NCBI GenBank assembly: GCA_004557565.1
Contig: SFGS01000002.1
Coordinates: forward strand, 5,796-69,795
From: Bacteroidales bacterium
GTDB lineage: Bacteria > Bacteroidota > Bacteroidia > Bacteroidales > Muribaculaceae
Reading direction: 5' to 3'
DNA length: 64,000 nt
Part shown: positions 18,922 to 27,601 of the stretch, one piece after another
Numbering within the stretch: the stretch's first letter is position 1
Layout of the letters: every line of letters starts with the position of its first letter
Program-made: the position numbers and the translations under genes
Notes under the pieces: model-generated
The model's database searches: none
Told to the model about the DNA's origin: nothing
The model's input: the letters and a program-made list of their open reading frames with translations, nothing else

Positions 18922-20040
18922 TTAAACTTTGATTAATATTGTTATCTTGATTGCCATATCAAACAGCACGAGTTTAATATTGCCATTCATTTTAATATCT
19001 TTTTCGGCAGTATCAAATTCGTTGATGAGTTTTTCCACATTATATTCGTTGATATAGGGCGCAAACTTGATGCTGAACGTTTTTTCTTCAGCCGTTTGGT
19101 AGTTCAGCTCAGGGTGGTGCAGATTGTAAATGAAGTTTTCTCGCACCATGCGTGAGGCATAGTTTAGAAATCTTCTTGCTTTTTCTCGCTTGTAGTCGGC
19201 GATATGCTCACTCCACACTTTCAGTTCCTTCAGATTTCGAATATATGCCATTCGCATCAGTTGCATGAAATCTTGGTGAAACTGCTTGGTTTCACTATCA
19301 AGCTCCATATTGCGCTCGGCTTGCGCTATATCGCCATCGGCAGCTACAGCAGCCAATCTTGCCGATTCGGGGTCGGCATTGAATCGGCAGCAAATGTAAG
19401 AAGTGATGTCGGCTGTTGATGGACGCTTCAACTCGATGCGTTGTGTGCGTGAGAAAATGGTCTTTAGTATTGACTTTTCATCATCGCTTACGAGAATGAA
19501 TTTGGTGTCGTCGCTTGGCTCTTCAATGAGTTTGAGCAACTTGTTGGCGCATGATTCGTGCATCTTTTCCGGAAGCCACATAATCAGCACCTTGTATTTC
19601 GATGTGTAGGCAGCCAGGCTCAAATCGCGAATGATTCGGTCGCTTTCCGATTGGTAAATGATGGGTTGGGCATTCTCTTTCGACAAATATTTCGTCCATT
19701 TTTGGAAATCCTCAACCTCGTTCTCATTCAGAAATTGCTTCCACTCGTTGATGAAGTCGTTGCTGGTTGGATTCTCACCAATCTTCACAATCGGGTATGA
19801 ATAGTAAGTGTCGGCGTGGTTGAATGACTGATGCTGTAGGCATGAGGGGCATGTGCCGCAGGGTTCGCCATCGATGCGGTTGGTGCATTGAAGATACTGT
19901 GCGGCAGCTCTCGCTAACGACAGTTTTGGGATTCCCGGCAACCCGTGAATGAGTAGGGCGTGTGGGAATTTGTCGCTGTCAATCATTTGGCGGATTCTCT
20001 CCTTTGCTGAATTGTTGCCTATAATATCACTAAATTTCAT
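18922..20040 (-). CDS. holB: DNA polymerase III subunit delta'
   Basis: MKFSDIIG, PHALLIHG, zinc module C..CGTCPSC, CANKLLKLIEEP and TIFSRTQ. Confidence 0.9.
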   Translation of the reverse strand: MKFSDIIGNNSAKERIRQMIDSDKFPHALLIHGLPGIPKLSLARAAAQYLQCTNRIDGEPCGTCPSCLQHQSFNHADTYYSYPIVKIGENPTSNDFINEWKQFLNENEVEDFQKWTKYLSKENAQPIIYQSESDRIIRDLSLAAYTSKYKVLIMWLPEKMHESCANKLLKLIEEPSDDTKFILVSDDEKSILKTIFSRTQRIELKRPSTADITSYICCRFNADPESARLAAVAADGDIAQAERNMELDSETKQFHQDFMQLMRMAYIRNLKELKVWSEHIADYKREKARRFLNYASRMVRENFIYNLHHPELNYQTAEEKTFSIKFAPYINEYNVEKLINEFDTAEKDIKMNGNIKLVLFDMAIKITILIKV

Positions 20041-20145
20041 ATTCCGTCGTTCGTTATTTTACTATTCAGGATTGATGTGTTTGTTTATTCTGTAAAGTTA
20101 CAAAAATTATCCCACCCAATAAATGAGTTTCTGCACATAGTTCAT

Positions 20146-20179
20146 AAAAAAGGTCAATGCCCATGGTTGAGCATTGACC
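20146..20179 (-). terminator. Intrinsic terminator of the EF-G2 gene
   Basis: 9-bp stem ggtcaatgc/gcattgacc with an A6 run on the left, giving a U-tail on the minus strand 22 nt past the stop. Confidence 0.8.
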
Positions 20180-20200
20180 GAAAGGTATTTTGTGAAACGA

Positions 20201-22360
20201 TTATTCGTCGTCTTTGCTTGCTTCCAAGTATTCCTTGTGGAGTTTTTCTTGGATATCGGTTGGAACGAGTTCGTAACTTGCAAACTTCATGGTGAATGAA
20301 GCGCGACCACCAGTGATAGAACTCAATGCAGTAGAGTAACTTGCCATTTCCTTCAATGGAACCTTGGCGTTGATCTTTTGCAGACCGTTGGCTTCTTCCA
20401 TACCCATGATGATAGCGCGGCGGCCTTGGAGGTCACTCATCACGTCACCCATGCAGTCGGCTGGCATCAGCACTTCAGCATCGTAAACTGGTTCAAGCAC
20501 CTTAGGACTTGCTGCGTTGAATGCTTCGCTGAATGCGTGGCGAGCTGCCAGACGGAATGAGATTTCATTACTATCCACTGGGTGCATCTTACCATCGTAG
20601 ATGCAAACGCGAACGTCGCGAGCGTAAGAACCGGTCACAGGGCCTTGTTCCATGCGGTCCATAATACCCTTCACGATTGCAGGGATAAAGCGAGCGTCGA
20701 TAGCACCGCCAACGATACAGTTGTAGATTACAATCTTGCCACCCCATTCGAGAGCGATTTCTTGTTTGTCTTTCACGCTCATCTTGAATTCCTGGTTGCC
20801 GAACTTGTAAGTTCCTGGTTCTTCCATTCCTTCTTTGTAGGCTTCTACGATCAGGTGAACTTCACCGAATTGACCAGAACCACCTGATTGCTTTTTGTGG
20901 CGATAGTCGGCGCGAGCCACCTTAGTGATGGTTTCACGATAAGGAATCTTTGGTTCGAGATATTCAATCTGTACCTTTTCGTTGTTTTCGATACGCCATT
21001 TCAAAGTGCGGAGGTGGAATTCACCTTGACCAGAAACGATAGTTTGCTTCAATTCCTTAGATTGCTCAATCTTCCAAGTTGGGTCTTCTTCGTGCATACG
21101 GTTAAGAATGGCACCCAATTTTTCAATTTCGCTTTCGTTTACAGGACGGATAGCACGTTGATATTTTGGAGCTGGATATTTGATGAAATCAAATCTGTAT
21201 TCCACACCCTTGTCGTTAAGCGTGTTGCCTGTTCTTACATCTTTCAGTTTCACTGCGGCACCAATATCACCAGCTTCGAGGGCTTCTACTGGAGTCTTGA
21301 TTTGACCGCAAACCACAGAAATCTGTGCGAGGCGTTCCTTTGAACCACGATCCACGTTGTTCAAGTCCATACCAGCCTTGAGTGTGCCCGACATCACCTT
21401 GAAGTAAGAAACTTCACCAATGTGTGGCTCAACAGTGGTCTTGAAGAAGAACACGCTGAGTGGGCCATTTGCATCAGGCTTGATTTCTACGCCTTCGGTA
21501 TTCACTGGAGCCTTAACTTCGTTAACGAATGGCACAACGTTGCCAAGGAATTCCATCATGCGGCGAACACCCATATCTTTCAGTGCGCTTACGCAGAACA
21601 CTGGGCAAATGCTACGGTCGATAAGCCCCTTGCGGATACCTTCACGCATTTCGTCTTCGCTGAGTGCGCCTTGCTCGAAGAATTTGTCCATAAGGGTTTC
21701 GTCGTTTTCTGCTGCCATTTCCACCAATGCTTGGTTCATTTCGGCTGCGCGGTCTTGATATTCAGGAGCGATGTCGGTAATTGTGGGTGCGCCACCTTCA
21801 GGACCCCAAGTGAGTTGCTTCATGATGAGCACGTCAACGATAGAGTTGAAGTCTGGACCTGTAGCCACTGGGAATTGAATAGGAACCACCTTGTTGCCGA
21901 AAGCCTCTTTAAGTTGGTTGATCAGATTGTCGTAGTCAACGTTTTCTGCGTCCATCTTGTTGAGGGCGAAAATCACAGGCTTGTTGATTTTTGCGGCTGT
22001 TCTGTAGATATTTTGAGTGCCAACCTCAACGCCATATTGGCTGTTTACAACGATAACGCCGGCATCAGTAATGTTAAGTGCTGTCACAGCATTTCCCACG
22101 AAGTCGTCCATGCCTGGGCAGTCAATAACATTCAATTTCTTGTTGTTGAACTCAGCATAGAATACTGTTGAGAAAACAGAATAGCCATATTCTTTTTCCA
22201 CAGGGAAATAGTCGCAAACGGTATTGTTGTTGGCAATAGAGCCGCGACGGTTGATTACTCCACACTCGTAAAGCATAGACTCGGCGAGTGTGGTTTTTCC
22301 AGAGCCTTTGCTACCAAGAAGTGAGATGTTTTTAATCTCATTAGTTTTATAAACCTTCAT
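20201..22360 (-). CDS. fusA2: Elongation factor G paralog EF-G2
   Basis: EF-G architecture (NKMD, EEDPT, GQGEFHL, PYRETI, HKKQSGGSGQFG, DGKMHPVDS) with divergent G-motifs (GSKGSGKTT, DCPGM) and a domain IV insertion. Confidence 0.93.
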   Translation of the reverse strand: MKVYKTNEIKNISLLGSKGSGKTTLAESMLYECGVINRRGSIANNNTVCDYFPVEKEYGYSVFSTVFYAEFNNKKLNVIDCPGMDDFVGNAVTALNITDAGVIVVNSQYGVEVGTQNIYRTAAKINKPVIFALNKMDAENVDYDNLINQLKEAFGNKVVPIQFPVATGPDFNSIVDVLIMKQLTWGPEGGAPTITDIAPEYQDRAAEMNQALVEMAAENDETLMDKFFEQGALSEDEMREGIRKGLIDRSICPVFCVSALKDMGVRRMMEFLGNVVPFVNEVKAPVNTEGVEIKPDANGPLSVFFFKTTVEPHIGEVSYFKVMSGTLKAGMDLNNVDRGSKERLAQISVVCGQIKTPVEALEAGDIGAAVKLKDVRTGNTLNDKGVEYRFDFIKYPAPKYQRAIRPVNESEIEKLGAILNRMHEEDPTWKIEQSKELKQTIVSGQGEFHLRTLKWRIENNEKVQIEYLEPKIPYRETITKVARADYRHKKQSGGSGQFGEVHLIVEAYKEGMEEPGTYKFGNQEFKMSVKDKQEIALEWGGKIVIYNCIVGGAIDARFIPAIVKGIMDRMEQGPVTGSYARDVRVCIYDGKMHPVDSNEISFRLAARHAFSEAFNAASPKVLEPVYDAEVLMPADCMGDVMSDLQGRRAIIMGMEEANGLQKINAKVPLKEMASYSTALSSITGGRASFTMKFASYELVPTDIQEKLHKEYLEASKDDE

Positions 22361-22453
22361 GTATTAGTGAATTAAATTTGTTAATGTATTACTTAGTTTT
22401 GGTCAACATTGAAAGATATTCATCAAAAATGCCTCTTCCAATGTTTTCAGTTA

Positions 22454-22461
22454 CAAATATA
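22454..22461 (-). promoter_or_regulatory. -7 box (TATATTTG) for fusA2
   Basis: Plus-strand CAAATATA, 93 nt upstream of the start. Confidence 0.6.
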
Positions 22462-22537
22462 GTGTTTTTCTAATAATAATCTAAATATTTTGCCAAAAAA
22501 ATCACTCAAGAAGCAATCTAATGCGTCAATCTTTTAC

Positions 22538-22545
22538 TATCTTTG
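22538..22545 (+). promoter_or_regulatory. -7 box (TATCTTTG) for hemW
   Basis: Exact TAnnTTTG, 6 nt before the ATG at 22552. Confidence 0.7.
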
Positions 22546-22551
22546 TGATAT

Positions 22552-23685
22552 ATGGCAGGTTTATACATACATATTCCATTTTGTGAATCGAAGTGCATCT
22601 ATTGCGATTTTTATTCTATGGCGAATAATAATCACTTGATTGATAAATATATAGACGCGTTGCTCGTTGAGGCTGCTCTGCGAAAAAATGAATTAAACTC
22701 TGAAACCATCACCACTGTTTATCTCGGTGGTGGCACTCCGTCGCTTCTCTCAATCACGCAATTATCAAAATTAGTGAATGGATTGAAAAAAGTGTTTGAT
22801 TTTTCCGATTTAGAGGAATTTACGATTGAAGTGAACCCCGATGATGTTACGGCTTATTACATCCAGCAGGCAAAATCGCTTGGCATAAATCGTGTGAGTA
22901 TGGGTGTTCAGAGTTTTAATGATGAGGATTTGCGCTTCATGAATCGTCGTCATACTGCCAAGCAGGCAACCGATGCTATTCATATTATAAAGGAAGCAGG
23001 TATCAATAATATCAGTATCGACTTGATATATGGCATACCTGGGCAGAATATTGAAATATGGAAAAATAATGTAGATACTGCCATATCTCTATCGGTGCAG
23101 CATATTTCTGCCTATACATTAATGTATGAGGAAGGCACTCGGCTCTCGGTGATGCGTTCGCTGGGTAAAATTACGGAGGTGGACGATGATGTGGTGACTG
23201 CTATGTATGATTATTTGGTGGCGCAACTCAAATCAAACGGCTATACACATTATGAGATATCCAACTTCGCTTTGCCTGGTTTTCACTCGCGCCACAACTC
23301 CAGTTATTGGAATCTCACCCCATATTTGGGATTAGGTGTGGCGGCTCACAGTTTTGATGGCACAGTACGGCGATTTAATCCCTCAAACCTTAAAAAGTAT
23401 CTTGATACACTGAGCGAAGGAGAACTTTGCGTTGAGGTGGAGAAAACAACCAAAGCGGAAAGATATGACGAGTATGTGATGCTCCGATTAAGGACTGCCG
23501 ACGGAATCGACGCTGATGAGTTGACGCGTCGCTTTGGTGAAGAATATTATCAGTTCTTTATCGAAAAAGCTAAACCGCTGGTCAGCGAAGGCTCTTTAAT
23601 TAATGAGAATGGACGATACTATATTCCTGAAAACCACATCATGATTTCCGACAACATCACTTGTGATTTGCTGTGGGACGATTAA
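22552..23685 (+). CDS. hemW: Radical SAM heme chaperone HemW (HemN-like)
   Basis: LYIHIPFCESKCIYCDF (CxxxCxxC), YLGGGTPS, RVSMGVQSF, YEISNF and HNSSYW. Confidence 0.92.
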   Translation: MAGLYIHIPFCESKCIYCDFYSMANNNHLIDKYIDALLVEAALRKNELNSETITTVYLGGGTPSLLSITQLSKLVNGLKKVFDFSDLEEFTIEVNPDDVTAYYIQQAKSLGINRVSMGVQSFNDEDLRFMNRRHTAKQATDAIHIIKEAGINNISIDLIYGIPGQNIEIWKNNVDTAISLSVQHISAYTLMYEEGTRLSVMRSLGKITEVDDDVVTAMYDYLVAQLKSNGYTHYEISNFALPGFHSRHNSSYWNLTPYLGLGVAAHSFDGTVRRFNPSNLKKYLDTLSEGELCVEVEKTTKAERYDEYVMLRLRTADGIDADELTRRFGEEYYQFFIEKAKPLVSEGSLINENGRYYIPENHIMISDNITCDLLWDD

Positions 23686-23708
23686 ACCTAAATCGACCGA
23701 TTTGGGTT
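23685..23708. terminator. Hairpin between convergent hemW and rlmH (possible terminator or repeat unit)
   Basis: aacctaaatc-gacc-gatttgggtt, a 10-bp stem with one G-U pair and only weak U-tails. Confidence 0.5.
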
Positions 23709-23715
23709 AAAACCG

Positions 23716-24189
23716 CTATTCGTGGTGATATGGCTCGTGGTTGATGATGGTGTAGGCGCGATATAATTGCTCTGTAAAAATCAGGCGAATCATTTCGTGA
23801 TTGAATGTCATTTTTGAGAAAGATATTTTATCGTTTGCTCGGTCGTACACCTCTTGTGAAAATCCGTATGGACCTCCAATCACAAACACCACCTTTTTGG
23901 CTCCGCTCAACATTCGCTTTTGAATGTAACTTGAATATTGCATCGATGTGTATTCTTTGCCGTGCTCATCAAGCAGCACCACAAAATCTGATTTGTCGAG
24001 CAGTGAGAGAATTTTTGCACCTTCAGTTCGCTTTTGTTGGTCCTCTGAAATGTTTTTGGTGTTTTTAATATCGTCGATATATTTGATTTCAAAAGGCGCA
24101 TAGTGCTTGAGGCGCTTGATGTATTCATCAATGCCTTGTTTCAAATAGCCGATTGAGGTTTTCCCGATTACTGCGAGTTCAATTTTCAT
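23716..24189 (-). CDS. rlmH: 23S rRNA pseudouridine-1915 N3-methyltransferase
   Basis: LLDEHGK, FVIGGPYGF, SKMTFNHEMIRL, EQLYRA and C-terminal EPYHHE. Confidence 0.96.
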   Translation of the reverse strand: MKIELAVIGKTSIGYLKQGIDEYIKRLKHYAPFEIKYIDDIKNTKNISEDQQKRTEGAKILSLLDKSDFVVLLDEHGKEYTSMQYSSYIQKRMLSGAKKVVFVIGGPYGFSQEVYDRANDKISFSKMTFNHEMIRLIFTEQLYRAYTIINHEPYHHE

Positions 24190-24198
24190 TTTCTCGAA

Positions 24199-24846
24199 TT
24201 ATGATTTGAGCATTTTTTCAATGGTGAAATCCTTAAAATCAGGAATAATCAGTTTTGCATCGCCCAGCACGCTGGCAGGATTGGTTGTGGATAGCGCAAT
24301 CACATGTCCACCCGAAGCGAGAGCGGCTTTGAGTCCATTGATGGAATCTTCAAAAATATAGCAGTTTTTGATGTCAATGTCCAATAGTTTTGCACCGAGC
24401 AAGAAGCAGTCGGGTGCAGGTTTTGCATTTTCCACCATTTCGCCCACGATCACGGCTTTGAAATAGCCACGAAATTCGGGGTGCTGCTCATACACGGCAT
24501 TCATCTTTTCTTGGTCGCTACTGGTAACAATGCACATAGGAATACCAGCATCGTAAAGAGTCTTTACCCATTCAATAGCGTATTGGAAATAGCGATACTG
24601 CATGGTTTTTTGAAAATCATTAAGAATTTCAATAATTTTTGTATGGTTTTCTTTTGGGAAATAACGGTTGAGAATGTCTTCCAGACAGCAACCTTTGATT
24701 ACTTTACTGAAATCTTTCACGCCTGTCGGGAATTTTTCTTCAATTTGATCCCAAAATTCGGTATAAATACCCTCGGTATCAAGAATTACACCATCTAAAT
24801 CAAAAAGTACACCTATATTATTGTTTTGCATATTCACTATATTCAT
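24199..24846 (-). CDS. HAD-superfamily phosphatase (beta-PGM/CbbY-like)
   Basis: FDLDGVILDTE, IVTSS, KPAPD and FEDSING motifs. The start could be the second Met. Confidence 0.9.
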   Translation of the reverse strand: MNIVNMQNNNIGVLFDLDGVILDTEGIYTEFWDQIEEKFPTGVKDFSKVIKGCCLEDILNRYFPKENHTKIIEILNDFQKTMQYRYFQYAIEWVKTLYDAGIPMCIVTSSDQEKMNAVYEQHPEFRGYFKAVIVGEMVENAKPAPDCFLLGAKLLDIDIKNCYIFEDSINGLKAALASGGHVIALSTTNPASVLGDAKLIIPDFKDFTIEKMLKS

Positions 24847-24860
24847 TGTCGTTTATAGTG

Positions 24861-24898
24861 CAAAATTACGCTATTTTCATTATTAATCACTAATTTTG
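24861..24898. promoter_or_regulatory. Divergent -7 boxes: CAAAATTA 24861-24868 (minus, HAD-rlmH) and TAATTTTG 24891-24898 (plus, FAD oxidoreductase)
   Basis: Two exact TAnnTTTG matches back to back in a 70-nt divergent gap. Confidence 0.7.
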
Positions 24899-24916
24899 CA
24901 CAAAATTAAATGTGTT

Positions 24917-26482
24917 ATGATTGAAGAACTACAAATAAGAGTATCACCAAAAGTGGCGTATTACAATGAGGAAATCGTTCATTTCATTGCGAGTGAGCGT
25001 CACATTAGCCACACCCGAATCAAAGGCGTAAGAATCCTTAAACGCTCTATCGACGCGCGCAAGCAGCGTGTGATGGTGAATCTTAAAGTGCGTGCTTATA
25101 TTGATGAGCCTGTCAACAATTCACATTTAATACCACCTATTGAATATAAGAAAGTGGATGGCACCCGTCAGGCTATTGTGGTGGGTGCAGGTCCTGGTGG
25201 TTTGTTTGCCGCTCTTCGTTTGGTAGAATTGGGTATTAAACCAATTTTGCTCGAACGTGGAAAAAATGTGGTTGACCGTCGTGTGGATATTGCTAAAATT
25301 TCTCGCGAGGGCATTATCGACCCTAACAGTAACTACAGTTTCGGTGAAGGTGGTGCAGGTGCATATAGCGATGGTAAGTTATACACCCGAAGCAAAAAGC
25401 GTGGCTCTGTGGATAGGATTTTGGGTATCTTGCACCAGCATGGAGCATCAGAAAATATTCTGATTGATGCGCACCCTCACATCGGTAGCGATAAATTGCC
25501 TTTGATTATAGAGAAAATTCGTCACACAATTTTAGATTGTGGTGGTGAGGTTCATTTTGGCACATTGGTCACCAAACTTACGCTTAAAGATGGCGAAGTG
25601 GTGGGCGTGGAATGTGCCGACGGTTCACAATATAGTGGGCAAGTGATTTTGGCTACAGGCCACTCTGCGCGTGATGTGTATGCTATGCTGAAAGATGAAA
25701 ATATTCAACTTGAGGCAAAGGGCATAGCCATAGGTGTGCGACTTGAGCACCCACAACATTTAATCGACCAAATTCAATATCACTCAAAGCAGGGTAGAGG
25801 CGAATATTTGCCAGCGGCAGAATATAGTTTTGTCACGCAAGTTGATGGCAGAGGTGTGTATTCGTTCTGCATGTGCCCTGGTGGCGTGGTTGTGCCAGCG
25901 GCAAGTAGCCCAGGACAACTGGTGGTAAATGGTATGTCACCTTCAAATCGTGGCACATATTGGTCAAATTCGGGTATGGTTGTGGAAATACATCCCGAAG
26001 ACTTGCCTGAAAAATATCAGCAATATCAAGAATTAGCAATGATGCACTATCAGGAGGATTTGGAGCGTACATGTTTTGAACAAGCCAAATGTTCGCAAGT
26101 GGCAGGTGCACAGCGCATGAAAGATTTTGTGGAAGGAAAACCATCGAAACTAATTCCACCGTCATCATTCCCCGCAGGGTTGCAACCCTCACGCCTTGAC
26201 CAGTGGTTGCCTAAGTTCATTGGCGACAGATTGCGCAAAGCGTTCAAGGTGTTCGGTAATGCGGCAAAGGGTTTTTTGACCAATGAGGCAATTGTGATTG
26301 GTGTGGAAACTCGCACATCTTCGCCAGTGCGCATCCCAAGAGATAGAGAGACCCTCTCACATATTACTGTGAAAGGGCTGTATCCATGTGGCGAAGGTGC
26401 TGGTTATGCAGGCGGCATCGTGTCGAGTGCCATCGATGGCGAACGATGCGCCGAAGCCTTAGCCACAACCTTTAACGATTAA
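24917..26482 (+). CDS. Uncharacterised NAD(P)/FAD-dependent oxidoreductase
   Basis: Rossmann IVVGAGPGG, FGEGGAGAYSDGKL, ATGHSARD, SFCMCPGG, ETRTSSPV and GEGAGYAGGI. ATG at 24917 is preferred because the TTG at 24896 lies inside the promoter box. Confidence 0.88.
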   Translation: MIEELQIRVSPKVAYYNEEIVHFIASERHISHTRIKGVRILKRSIDARKQRVMVNLKVRAYIDEPVNNSHLIPPIEYKKVDGTRQAIVVGAGPGGLFAALRLVELGIKPILLERGKNVVDRRVDIAKISREGIIDPNSNYSFGEGGAGAYSDGKLYTRSKKRGSVDRILGILHQHGASENILIDAHPHIGSDKLPLIIEKIRHTILDCGGEVHFGTLVTKLTLKDGEVVGVECADGSQYSGQVILATGHSARDVYAMLKDENIQLEAKGIAIGVRLEHPQHLIDQIQYHSKQGRGEYLPAAEYSFVTQVDGRGVYSFCMCPGGVVVPAASSPGQLVVNGMSPSNRGTYWSNSGMVVEIHPEDLPEKYQQYQELAMMHYQEDLERTCFEQAKCSQVAGAQRMKDFVEGKPSKLIPPSSFPAGLQPSRLDQWLPKFIGDRLRKAFKVFGNAAKGFLTNEAIVIGVETRTSSPVRIPRDRETLSHITVKGLYPCGEGAGYAGGIVSSAIDGERCAEALATTFND

Positions 26483-27600
26483 GACATACGATTTTTGTAA
26501 TCTTCGTAGGTGAACTCACGAAGAACCTCAATGCGTCCGTCTAAGTGCTGTAAGGCGATAGAGGGGTGCTGAATGCCGTTGAACATGTTGGTTTTCACAG
26601 TGGTGTAGTGGTTCATGTCCAAGAATGTGAGGCGGTCGCCCTCTTTAAGTTCCTTTTCAAAACTCCAATCACCCACAAAGTCGCCACTCAAGCACGAGTT
26701 GCCACCAATCCTGTATGTAGGATAATTGGTGTCAACCTCTTCCATGGCTTGCTTGATTGCTGGCTTGTATGGCATTTCCAAACAGTCGGGCATGTGACAG
26801 GCAAACGATACATCAACGATGGCAGTTTTAATGCCATTGTTTTCCACCACATCAACCACGGTGGCTTCCAAATCGCCAGTCTGCCAGCAGAATGCACTGC
26901 CTGGCTCTAAGATGATGTCAAGGTTAGGGTGCTTTGTCTTGAAATTTTGTAAAAGTTTGATGAGGTGCTCCACATCGTAGTCTGCTCGTGTCATCAGGTG
27001 CCCCCCACCCATATTCAGCCACTTCAGTTTTGGCAAGTATTCACCGAATTGCTCTTCCACAGCATCAAGAACTTTACTTAAATCGTAGGAAGTGGACTCG
27101 CAAAGGGCGTGAAAATGAAATCCTTCAATGCCTTCGGGCAATTCATTGATTTCCTCTTTTGTGATGCCAAATCTTGAACCTGGGCAGCAGGGATTGTAAA
27201 TGTCGGTTTCAATAACAGAGCACATGGGGTTGATTCTTAATCCGCAACTAATGTCTTTACCAGAGTTTTCAATCGTCTGCTTATGCTTCAAGTATTGTGC
27301 AATGGAATTGAATGTGATGTGCGAACACCCTTCAATAAATTGCTTGATGGTGGTGTCGGTGTAAACTGGGCAATAGGCGTGGGCTTTGCATTTCATCTCA
27401 TCGTTTGCCAACAGCATTTCATTGACTGAACTTGCAGTGGTTTCGATGCCGTATTCTCGGAAAATGGGGAATGTTTTCCAGAGCGCATTTGCCTTAAATG
27501 CCATGATAATTTTCACACCTGCCTCATTCATCACTCGTGTGATTAAATCAAGATTTTTGCGAAGTTTTTCCTCGTAAACGATATAATATGGGGTGTTCAT
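26479..27600 (-). CDS. nspC: Carboxy(nor)spermidine decarboxylase
   Basis: PLP group IV decarboxylase: MAFKA, YNPCCPGSRFG, HFHALCE, NMGGGH, LEPG, CHMPDCLEMPY, SCLSGD and HYTTVKTNMFNG. Confidence 0.93.
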   Translation of the reverse strand: MNTPYYIVYEEKLRKNLDLITRVMNEAGVKIIMAFKANALWKTFPIFREYGIETTASSVNEMLLANDEMKCKAHAYCPVYTDTTIKQFIEGCSHITFNSIAQYLKHKQTIENSGKDISCGLRINPMCSVIETDIYNPCCPGSRFGITKEEINELPEGIEGFHFHALCESTSYDLSKVLDAVEEQFGEYLPKLKWLNMGGGHLMTRADYDVEHLIKLLQNFKTKHPNLDIILEPGSAFCWQTGDLEATVVDVVENNGIKTAIVDVSFACHMPDCLEMPYKPAIKQAMEEVDTNYPTYRIGGNSCLSGDFVGDWSFEKELKEGDRLTFLDMNHYTTVKTNMFNGIQHPSIALQHLDGRIEVLREFTYEDYKNRMS

Positions 27601-27601
27601 T

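Noticed and set aside
21422..22171. 249-aa antisense ORF inside fusA2, and similar shadows in mutAB, pgk, carB and pepO
   Set aside because: Antisense shadows of strongly codon-biased genes with no recognisable protein features.
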